From positions 3,180,001 to 3,212,000 of the forward strand of contig NZ_CP042905.2 in NCBI RefSeq assembly GCF_008000775.2: 32,000 nucleotides of DNA, written 5' to 3'. The position numbers and the translations under genes were made by a program. This document shows, piece after piece, positions 16,702 to 24,770 of the stretch (positions are counted from its first letter, which is position 1; the number at the start of each line of letters is the position of its first letter). The DNA comes from Promethearchaeum syntrophicum. Its GTDB lineage: Archaea; Asgardarchaeota; Lokiarchaeia; Sigyniarchaeales; Promethearchaeaceae. The notes beneath the pieces are model-generated. The model was not told the origin of the DNA. It searched no databases and saw nothing but the letters and a program-made list of their open reading frames with translations.

Positions 16702-18966
16702 TTAAATTCCCAAAGATTCTTTTTCGTTTTTTGCACGTATTTGAAGCGTCTGATTACCTACCTTTAAGAATTTCTTCTCTGCATGATCATATTGTAAATA
16801 TGCTTTTTGTGGTTCTTTTAAAACTCTGTAGATGGACCCCATTTCTAAATGTATATGCCCTTGTTTAAATATATCGCCTTCTTCTTCCAAAATTTTTAAA
16901 GATTCTTCATAGCATTCTAATGCTTTTTTCCATTTGGCTGTTTTTTGATAGATCACCCCGATATTAAATTGATTATGCGCAATTTTAGATGGAATCTTTA
17001 AAACTCGATATTTTTGCAGGGAGCTATTCAGAATATCTAATGCTGGAACGAAATCATTTTTTAGGCGTTTAATCATTCCGATATTACTTTCTGCATCTGC
17101 AATTCCTTTTTGATCATTTAGATTTAAAAATATTCTTTGAGCATCAAGACATAATGTTAAAGCTTTATCTAAATCCCCAAGATCGAGAAATATAATGGCG
17201 ATATTCATGGAAATTTGTGCCTTTTCTGTTGGAAATTGCAAGTCATTAGCGATCTGGAATGATTGGTAGTAAATTTTAAGAGCATTATCCAAATCCCCGC
17301 GATTATGATAAAAACTTGCCAAATTGTTCAATTTTGAGATAACTCCTGATTGATTATCTAGTGCTTTATCAATTTTTATTGATTCTAATATTAATTGGGT
17401 CCCTTTTTGAATATCTCCTTTATTTACATATATAAGACCTAAATTCCCTAAAATTGTAGATTTTACATTAAGATCCCCAATTTTACTCTCTGATTTCAAT
17501 AATTTATCATAGATTACCAAGGCAGCATCTAGTTTTCCTTGAATTAATAAAATTTCACCTTTGTTCACAAGTCCACCAATAATTACTTCATAATCTTTGA
17601 GAATTATTGCGGTATTGATTGCTTTATCATATAGTCCAATAGCTTTATCAAACTCTCCCTTAGATCTAACAATTGAACCTAAATTGATATAAAAAGTCAT
17701 TTGCATTGATAAATTTTTAAATTTTTCTGCAATCTCCAACCCTTTTTTATAAAATGCAGTAGATTCTTCCTTTTTTCCCCATCTTTTATATGATAACCCA
17801 AGATAGTTATAAAAATACATTTCTTCTTGGAATTTTTCTTGTCTGTGAGAAAGATTGATGCCTTTTTTGGCACATTGTACAACCTCTTCATACATATTAA
17901 AATTTGAATAAATATTACATACAAATTTATACTTATCAACTTCCTTTATTTTTAATTGAAGGGATTGAAAAAAATCCTTAAATTCAGATTTTTCGCCAAT
18001 TTCATCTATTTTTACTGAATCTACTAAGATATCTTCTAAAATAAATTTCCATAAAGCATCTTTTATGAATTTTTGAGTATTAGTTTTAATACGATATACT
18101 TCCCCCTTGGTTTTTTTACCCAGATTAAAAAGAGTTAGATCAAGAGGTGTGAAATCAGATTCTGACTTTTTTCCTAATATATCAGATACTTTTTCAACTG
18201 TGATTGCATTATCCATAGAATGTTCAATCCAGATTAAACGTTTCAATGATTTTATATGACTTAACATAGGAGCAATATCAAAATCATCACTACCCGAATA
18301 TCCAATTACTACTAATGTTCGATCTATGAATATCTTTTCAATCAACGGCTTTTTAAAAGGCTCTATATCAAAAGTTTTACCCTCTTCCTTGTTACTTCCG
18401 AGTGCTTTCATCGTTGTAATGACAGAATCACTCGTTTTAGCGCCTGTGATTATGTTATACTTGGATCCGTGAATTTTAATAAGCGGATATCTGGAAGATT
18501 GAATAATTTGAGATAAATCAATATATTTTGTGAAATCTTCTCGGGTTATAATTGGAATAATATCTTTATGTTTTTCAGTAGAAATTATTTTTTTTAATGC
18601 GAATTCAATTAAATAATCAAAATTGGTAGTAATAACGTAATTTGCTTTTAAAATAGCATAGGCTAAAAATAAATGTATTAAATTTGGATGAGTAAATTTC
18701 TCAAAGTAATCTAACATTTTTAATTCATTATCAAACCTATTTTGAACTTGTTCAATTATCATTTCATACCGCAATCCTTTAATAGATTGGGATTTTGTTA
18801 ATTCTTCAGAGGGAATACATGATTCTAATAATACCCTAATAATAGATTTTGCAGAAGGTAGATTGGAAGGAGGATTCATTGAAATACCTGCTCCAACTAA
18901 AAAAGTATACATCATTCCTTTCTCAAAAAGATCATTCAGGGTTTTATCATTTTTTGTAAAAATCAT
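16702..18966 (-). CDS. SIR2-like domain plus tetratricopeptide repeat protein (candidate defence NADase)
   Basis: N-term FLVGAGISMNPPSNLPSA, VITTNFDYLIEFA, LIKIHGSKYN, LVVIGYSGSDDFDIAPML (SIR2-like); C-terminal half has about 9 TPR units (e.g. NLGSIVRSKGEFDKAIGLYDKAI). Confidence 0.85.
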   Translation of the reverse strand: MIFTKNDKTLNDLFEKGMMYTFLVGAGISMNPPSNLPSAKSIIRVLLESCIPSEELTKSQSIKGLRYEMIIEQVQNRFDNELKMLDYFEKFTHPNLIHLFLAYAILKANYVITTNFDYLIEFALKKIISTEKHKDIIPIITREDFTKYIDLSQIIQSSRYPLIKIHGSKYNIITGAKTSDSVITTMKALGSNKEEGKTFDIEPFKKPLIEKIFIDRTLVVIGYSGSDDFDIAPMLSHIKSLKRLIWIEHSMDNAITVEKVSDILGKKSESDFTPLDLTLFNLGKKTKGEVYRIKTNTQKFIKDALWKFILEDILVDSVKIDEIGEKSEFKDFFQSLQLKIKEVDKYKFVCNIYSNFNMYEEVVQCAKKGINLSHRQEKFQEEMYFYNYLGLSYKRWGKKEESTAFYKKGLEIAEKFKNLSMQMTFYINLGSIVRSKGEFDKAIGLYDKAINTAIILKDYEVIIGGLVNKGEILLIQGKLDAALVIYDKLLKSESKIGDLNVKSTILGNLGLIYVNKGDIQKGTQLILESIKIDKALDNQSGVISKLNNLASFYHNRGDLDNALKIYYQSFQIANDLQFPTEKAQISMNIAIIFLDLGDLDKALTLCLDAQRIFLNLNDQKGIADAESNIGMIKRLKNDFVPALDILNSSLQKYRVLKIPSKIAHNQFNIGVIYQKTAKWKKALECYEESLKILEEEGDIFKQGHIHLEMGSIYRVLKEPQKAYLQYDHAEKKFLKVGNQTLQIRAKNEKESLGI

Positions 18967-19071
18967 TATGGTTTATTATTTAAATTTTGATATATTAAAT
19001 AATTCTCTACTATTGAAATCTGTAAAAAAAATAGTATAGAATTATTGGTAAAAATAAAAAAAGCAAAAAAC

Positions 19072-19794
19072 TTAAAAAGTGAAAGATATTTCATCGTCTT
19101 CTGATGGTTTTTTACCCTTTTTCTTCTTTTTCATTTCAGAAGGAACATAACTAGCAAAAGCTTGACCCTTTTCGATCGAAAGCGTATCCTCAACTTCATC
19201 AGAATACTGGATTTTTTTCTTTGAAAACCCGAATATCCATGAGTGAAGAATAAATACCGCTATTTGAAATGTCAAGCTTACCAAATGAATCATTCTCCAC
19301 GTATTAGAGCCATCGGTAATCACTAACATAATAGTGCCAGCAACTATTTGAGAAAATGTGATGGAAATAAACAGAAGAAATCCAGTAAATATTGTCACGA
19401 TATTATGTTTCCGAAATTGAATACACCCAATAAAATATACCAAAATACCAATAAATAATATAATTCCACCAATATTATACAGAGATTCAAAGAGCGCTCC
19501 AGTAAACCACGAAGTCATAATTAATCCTAATGCGATAATCATGATTCCTCCCCCAACTTTCAAAAATAACTTTCCTTTTATGAATCCTGAGGCTAATACA
19601 ATAATCAAGCCAAGATAGAACAAAATTGTCCAAATTACCCCCAAAGGACTTGTGCTACCACTAGTAAAAGATATTGAATCCCGGTAATTTTCCCATGATA
19701 AATCATTATTCATTGTATATCCTATAGCTATATTAAGAAAAATTCCACCAATAGTTGTGAAAACCGCCCCTATTATTGCCCCAATTTTAACCAT
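19072..19794 (-). CDS. Multi-pass membrane protein of unknown function with charged C-terminal tail
   Basis: Several hydrophobic segments; C-term MKKKKKGKKPSEDDEISFTF. Confidence 0.6.
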   Translation of the reverse strand: MVKIGAIIGAVFTTIGGIFLNIAIGYTMNNDLSWENYRDSISFTSGSTSPLGVIWTILFYLGLIIVLASGFIKGKLFLKVGGGIMIIALGLIMTSWFTGALFESLYNIGGIILFIGILVYFIGCIQFRKHNIVTIFTGFLLFISITFSQIVAGTIMLVITDGSNTWRMIHLVSLTFQIAVFILHSWIFGFSKKKIQYSDEVEDTLSIEKGQAFASYVPSEMKKKKKGKKPSEDDEISFTF

Positions 19795-19968
19795 TTAATC
19801 ATCTCCAATTCTATTTTATAATATTTAATATTAGCAATTTAACATTTTTTAACTTAATTTATTGTTACTTAGATCTTGGTTGTTAAGAATATTTCATTTC
19901 TTGGGATTTTCAAAAATTTTTTATCTTTTGTTGCATTTGAAAATATATCTACAATCTCTTACTAAAAA

Positions 19969-20067
19969 AGCCGCGTATGTTAGTGGTAGACTTCCGGGTT
20001 GTGGTGTAATTTCTGAATGATTTTACGCAAATTCCCGGCGACCCTTGTTCAAACCAGGGCGCGGCTA
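19969..20067 (+). tRNA. trnH(GTG): tRNA-His(GTG) with 28-nt intron at 37/38 (intron 20005..20032); no encoded G-1:C73
   Basis: Acceptor AGCCGCG:CGCGGCT perfect 7 bp, A73; anticodon stem CCGGG:CCCGG; T-arm CCTTG-TTCAAAC-CAGGG. Canonical BHB: bulge GGT, helix TTGT:GCAA, bulge ATT, inner helix GTAA:TTAC; spliced loop TTGTGGT. TATA-like AATATAT about 25 nt upstream; no encoded CCA. Confidence 0.9.
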
Positions 20068-20198
20068 CTATTTTTATATCTTTTATTTTTTATTTATGTT
20101 TTTATCTATTTTGTGTAAAAATTTATAATATTTCTACAAAAAATAAAACTATTTTTTATTGATATCTTAATATTTGTTAGCTGAGTAGATAATAACAT

Positions 20199-20819
20199 AT
20201 GAAAGATTCTTATAATGAATATTTAGAATATGAGCAGAAGATGCAAAGAGAAGGATTATTTGAAGTAATTTCACAAAAATTTGAGATCAAAAAAGCAATA
20301 TATCCTGGTAGTTACATACATATCTCACCTTCTTTCTATTTTGAAGAAGTTGTATATATTGACAGTGATAAAAAAGCAAAGAAATTTTTTGCGGATAATA
20401 GTTTTGAGAAACTAATAAATCATAAAAAAAGGTATTCTAAAGAGATATGTTTCAGATTCTATCCTACCAATTTTAAAAATATACTACCTGAAGAAGAAGC
20501 ATATTTTGATTTGCTTATTTCGCAGTATGCAGGTTTTATTTCTAGAGAATGCAAAAAATATTTAAAAATTGGGGGAATTCTCTTAGTAAATAATTCTCAT
20601 GGAGATGCACAACTTGCAAAACATGATCCAGACTATGAATTTATTGCGGTGATCAATTTTAGAAATAAGAAGTTCTATTATTCAACTAAAAATCTTGACG
20701 AATATTTTATTCCTAAAAAAGAAGGATTAAAAATAGATTTGGAGTATTTTTTATCCATCAATAAAGGCATCGGATTCAAAAAATCAGCCTCGCACTACGT
20801 TTTCAGAAAAATACGATAA
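20199..20819 (+). CDS. Hypothetical protein, weakly resembles a Rossmann/SAM methyltransferase fold
   Basis: IKKAIYPGSYIHISPSFYFEEVVYIDSDKKAKKFF and YLKIGGILLVNNSHGDA; fold assignment is weak. Confidence 0.55.
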   Translation: MKDSYNEYLEYEQKMQREGLFEVISQKFEIKKAIYPGSYIHISPSFYFEEVVYIDSDKKAKKFFADNSFEKLINHKKRYSKEICFRFYPTNFKNILPEEEAYFDLLISQYAGFISRECKKYLKIGGILLVNNSHGDAQLAKHDPDYEFIAVINFRNKKFYYSTKNLDEYFIPKKEGLKIDLEYFLSINKGIGFKKSASHYVFRKIR

Positions 20820-20888
20820 ATTTAAAGAATAATATCGACGATCAATGTTCAATCTAGAGCGCGGCTATGAATTTTCACATCATTTTAT

Positions 20889-21719
20889 TTATGAGATTTT
20901 TTTCTTCGATTTTGAAAACCCTCCATGATGGAATGCAATTTTACATTGTAGAGAATTATCAATACAGTAATTTTCAATATCTTGCTCTAGAAGATCCCAA
21001 AATGATTGATCTACACGAAGAGATTTATAGAATGGGAGGTAGTTTGGATAGGTTTTTTTAATTAATTTATATATTCTACCTACATTGTGCGGTCTAAAGT
21101 TTAAATTTTCAAAACGGTAGTAATCAGTAAATTTTAATGAGTATTGAATAATTTCCTGATAATCTGTTATTTTCGGAAAGATTGGTGAGATGAAAACATA
21201 GGTTTCGATACCTTCCTTATGAATTTCTTCTAAAGCTTTAAGACGATCAATAGGTTTTGAAGCGAAAGGTTCAATTTTTCGAGCAAAATCAGAATCTAAA
21301 GTGTTTAAAGACACTCCAACTTCTATATTTTCAAATTGCTTAAATAAATCAATATCCCGTGTAACCAATTGAGATTTGGTGAGGATTGAAATTCTGGCAC
21401 TTGTGTCTTTTAAACTGGATAAAATTTTCCGAGTATTTTCAAATTTCTTTTCTAATGGAAGGTAGGGATCTGTTACTGAACTAAATAGGATATTTTTTCC
21501 ATTATACTTCGCAGGTTTAATTTTTTCCCAGGGATAAGATTTAATATCCAAAAATTTTCCCCAGATATCTCCTTTATGATTGGTAAATCGTTTCATAAAT
21601 TCCGCATAACAATAAATGCAACCATGTTGACAACCAGTATAGGGATTAATGACATAATCGATAGCGGGGATATTACTTTTTGTAATAATACTTTTTGCTT
21701 CTCGAAATTCAATTTTCAT
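20889..21719 (-). CDS. Radical SAM protein, SPL/SplB-like family
   Basis: YVINPYTGCQHGCIYCYAEFMKRF (CxxxCxxC), VTDPYLPLEKKFENTRKIL, ISILTKSQLVTRDIDLF. Confidence 0.88.
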   Translation of the reverse strand: MKIEFREAKSIITKSNIPAIDYVINPYTGCQHGCIYCYAEFMKRFTNHKGDIWGKFLDIKSYPWEKIKPAKYNGKNILFSSVTDPYLPLEKKFENTRKILSSLKDTSARISILTKSQLVTRDIDLFKQFENIEVGVSLNTLDSDFARKIEPFASKPIDRLKALEEIHKEGIETYVFISPIFPKITDYQEIIQYSLKFTDYYRFENLNFRPHNVGRIYKLIKKTYPNYLPFYKSLRVDQSFWDLLEQDIENYCIDNSLQCKIAFHHGGFSKSKKKIS

Positions 21720-21838
21720 TATGATCTAATCTCTGTAATTTATGAATTAATCTTTCTATAACTTTCTTATTTGAAAATAAAATATTATCGTATAAAATTT
21801 ATATAGTCTTAAGTGTAATAATCTGAAGTTATGGCGGC

Positions 21839-21854
21839 TCTCGATATATCGAGA
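21839..21854. repeat. Perfect 16-bp palindrome TCTCGATATATCGAGA
   Basis: Self reverse-complementary; lies in the gap between the minus-strand regulator gene and the downstream radical SAM gene. Confidence 0.85.
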
Positions 21855-21916
21855 TAAAATACCGATTCCATCCGGAATTTAGTAAAATAAAATTAGTTCA
21901 ATTTTTTCATTTAAAT

Positions 21917-22579
21917 TTACTTTTCTTTGATTTTCTTTTGAAATTGGGAATCAGAAACTTGGGGACTTGCATTTATTATTGCAATATAATTTTTGACGTG
22001 ATCAGGATTCTTTTTTTCCTCCGATTTGATAAATTCATTCAATTTTTGCTCCAGTTCTTTTGCTAGTTGACTAAATTTGAAATATTCTCGCTCTGAAAGG
22101 GGATAAAAAGAAAGATAATATTTAGGATCTTCTAGCAAATTTTTTCTTTGATCTTCAATAGTGTCACCGAGTAATTCAAGACTTTGTGGGGTATTACGCA
22201 AGATATTTGCAAATAAATTAGCTACGGAAATTAATGAATTTTTTAACTTGAGAATTATATCTTGCATTTCATGAGGAGAAAGGGAGCCCAATTCTGAAGA
22301 GGTAAAGTGGGGGAGAGGTTCCATGAATTTAAGATTCAATCGATAATGTTTTGCAAATACCCCCCTTACTTTTTCATCATATGTCGTCAAAAGTCCAGCA
22401 TCTACCATTTTTCTCAAGCGACGTGAAAGAGTGGGTTTACTTTTATCAATCAGGATATCAAAATCAGAGAGCGACAAATCTGAATGTGTCAATATTTGAA
22501 AAAATATCTGCAAATTGGTTTCTTCTTGCAATATATCAAAAATTTGGATTCGATCTATTGGAACGATTGGAGAAGCCAT
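21917..22579 (-). CDS. ArsR-like winged-helix transcriptional regulator
   Basis: RIQIFDILQEETNLQIFFQILTHSDLSLSDFDILIDKSKPTLSRRLRKMVDAGLLTTYDEKVRGVFAKHYRLN, wHTH pattern. Confidence 0.75.
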   Translation of the reverse strand: MASPIVPIDRIQIFDILQEETNLQIFFQILTHSDLSLSDFDILIDKSKPTLSRRLRKMVDAGLLTTYDEKVRGVFAKHYRLNLKFMEPLPHFTSSELGSLSPHEMQDIILKLKNSLISVANLFANILRNTPQSLELLGDTIEDQRKNLLEDPKYYLSFYPLSEREYFKFSQLAKELEQKLNEFIKSEEKKNPDHVKNYIAIINASPQVSDSQFQKKIKEK

Positions 22580-22638
22580 AATATTTCACACAAATTTAAT
22601 GAAAAATTCAAGAATTTATTATTTCATAAAGCAATGTA

Positions 22639-22736
22639 TTATGAAATGATTTCAAAACATTTAAATTGATCCATTTCATTATATTATTTGTTATGAAATG
22701 ATTTCATAAATCTTATTTAATGAAATGATTTTATAA
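22639..22736. promoter_or_regulatory. Cluster of three TTATGAAATGATTTCATAA-type near-palindromic elements (22639..22654, 22691..22709, 22719..22736)
   Basis: TTATGAAATGATTTCA / TTATGAAATGATTTCATAA / AATGAAATGATTTTATAA in the divergent promoter region of the wHTH regulator and the following gene. Confidence 0.65.
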
Positions 22737-22753
22737 TAAACATTAACAAAAAA

Positions 22754-23233
22754 GTGATTACCGAAGTGATTCGCAAACCTATGATATCCCCAACTCAAAT
22801 AAAATCCTTAATATTATTAATCTTGTTTGTAGCATCTTTAGTAGTTTTGGTCATTCCATTTGAATCAAAAAATAGTTCCTTTATTTCAATACATCGCCGT
22901 ATGGGATTTATCCTCGGAGATAAATTTTGCGGTGAAATGAGTCTCACAGGCAATTTAGCATCTCAATGCGATCAAACCCAATTGTACATAAATCACAAAT
23001 TACAATCGAATGCCTCAGGAAATCAAGTAAATTATGATTTTAATACGAATAGATTTCCCTTAGGTCACAACGAAATAAGACTCGTTGGATTACGAAACAA
23101 TGATAAATGCGCTGAATTCATTCGCATTGTCGAATTTATTCCTATTAAACAAAGTATTACATATTTTTTGCTGTTTAGTTTTATCATTCTTACAGCAATT
23201 GCTATTTTTTTGACATCAAATCATTACATCTAA
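22754..23233 (+). CDS. Small membrane protein with two TM helices flanking an extracytoplasmic domain
   Basis: SLILLILFVASLVVLVIPF near the N-terminus and ITYFLLFSFIILTAIAIFL near the C-terminus, with two Cys between them. Confidence 0.55.
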   Translation: MITEVIRKPMISPTQIKSLILLILFVASLVVLVIPFESKNSSFISIHRRMGFILGDKFCGEMSLTGNLASQCDQTQLYINHKLQSNASGNQVNYDFNTNRFPLGHNEIRLVGLRNNDKCAEFIRIVEFIPIKQSITYFLLFSFIILTAIAIFLTSNHYI

Positions 23234-23559
23234 ACAGATTTCCTTCATTCGTTCTTTTTTCAATGTCTTTTTTTATTCATGAACCTCATCCAATAATTTT
23301 TTTTTTTCTCTCTATCATTTTCATTTTTTTGTAACAAGATTGGAAAAATTTGACCCATTATGCAAAATTTATGACAAAAAGAGAACATTTATAAACTTAA
23401 AGAGCAGAAGTAATATGGTCATCTCTCATGACTGAAATGATGGAAAGTTGGCTTTTAATTTTATAATGACGATTATGTCATTATCCATATGAGAACAATT
23501 AATTAATTTCTTTGGTTGTGAGAGATGATCGGATGTGTTATGTAATTATGGTGTTTAAC

Positions 23560-24168
23560 ATGAAAACAAAAAATATAAAAGCCAAATTGCTTGTTTCGGG
23601 GTTGATACTGGTAATTCTTGTTACTAATGTTCCTTTCAGTCAAGCTACAGCCGATATACGACCAATAGAAGATTGGAATGTGAATAACCCATATGGGGCA
23701 CCAGGATTTGCCGATGCAGTAAATGTGCTTCATTTTAATTGGGATGAACAGATATATGATTGCGACTTCTCTGGTTTTGTTTTAGAGCAAGTTGTGGGTG
23801 AAGGAAGAGTCAAACTCTCGATTAATTTGCAAGTTGATGAAGTTAGATGTGTCGTGCATACAAGACAACCGGGATGGTGGATGTACCCTCCAATTTTTGA
23901 TGGGAGAGGTTGGTATAATTTCTATTGGGTATTTGAATATAATGCAGAACCAGGTGATCCAATTCCAAATATATGGGATATCTACGGAATCCCTGAGCTC
24001 GAATTAGAAGAAAAGATCATGAAAATGACTGGGAAAGCTAAAGATTCAGAAGGAGCAACCGTTTTTATTAATCAAATAGGGATGTTTAAACCGGATTATA
24101 CGGGTAATGCTCCACACAACTACCCTTATGGATTTTGGCCAGTTGAAATTATCCGTCTGAAATTATGA
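23560..24168 (+). CDS. Predicted secreted protein of unknown function (supplied ORF track starts at 23512)
   Basis: Signal peptide-like MKTKNIKAKLLVSGLILVILVTNVPFSQATA; GGTG motif upstream of ATG 23560; Trp/Tyr-rich mature domain. Confidence 0.6.
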   Translation: MKTKNIKAKLLVSGLILVILVTNVPFSQATADIRPIEDWNVNNPYGAPGFADAVNVLHFNWDEQIYDCDFSGFVLEQVVGEGRVKLSINLQVDEVRCVVHTRQPGWWMYPPIFDGRGWYNFYWVFEYNAEPGDPIPNIWDIYGIPELELEEKIMKMTGKAKDSEGATVFINQIGMFKPDYTGNAPHNYPYGFWPVEIIRLKL

Positions 24169-24770
24169 ATAGGTTAACGTTTTTTTAATCTCATCGCATA
24201 ATATTTTGCAGATGAGCCTTTTTTTCCCTTCTTCCCCCATTTTTTCCATTAACTAATTTTTGATTCCCAAGACGACAATTTATTAATGTTTTTTTTTTTT
24301 TCTACTTTCAGTAAATAATGAGACAAAAATCGACAATCAGTGAAAATCATTAATTTCCTTTTTACTTAAATATTTGGGACATTTGAATAGAATTAAAAGA
24401 ATCTACGCTATTTGGGCACGATAATTCCAATGTATACTTGGAATTTTAAATTCTTGGTATGTAGAAATGAGATCGATTTATTCATTCAATGAACATTATT
24501 TTAAATCTAGGCAATTTTTTACTTAGAATTTAAAAACATAAATTATGGTATAGCTATGTCAAGATCAGGTAATTCTATCATAATTTTTAACTTATTTAAT
24601 AAAAAATATATTCCGCTATCCTAACTCATTATTTTGATAGAGATTGGACTAGTTTGAATCTTGATATTTATAGAATATTGAACTTGAATTAATCATACAC
24701 TGACTTTTAAAAAAAAAACTTTATTCTCAAATCCAAAAATTTTTGTTTTAACGAACATATCTGAAGAATT

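Noticed and set aside
19969-20066. Alternative register placing G19970 as G-1 opposite C20065 as C73 to make a canonical tRNA-His
   Set aside because: Would leave only 5 nt for positions 66-72 given the fixed T-arm and break T8/A14 placement; the A1:U72, A73 register gives 7 perfect pairs.
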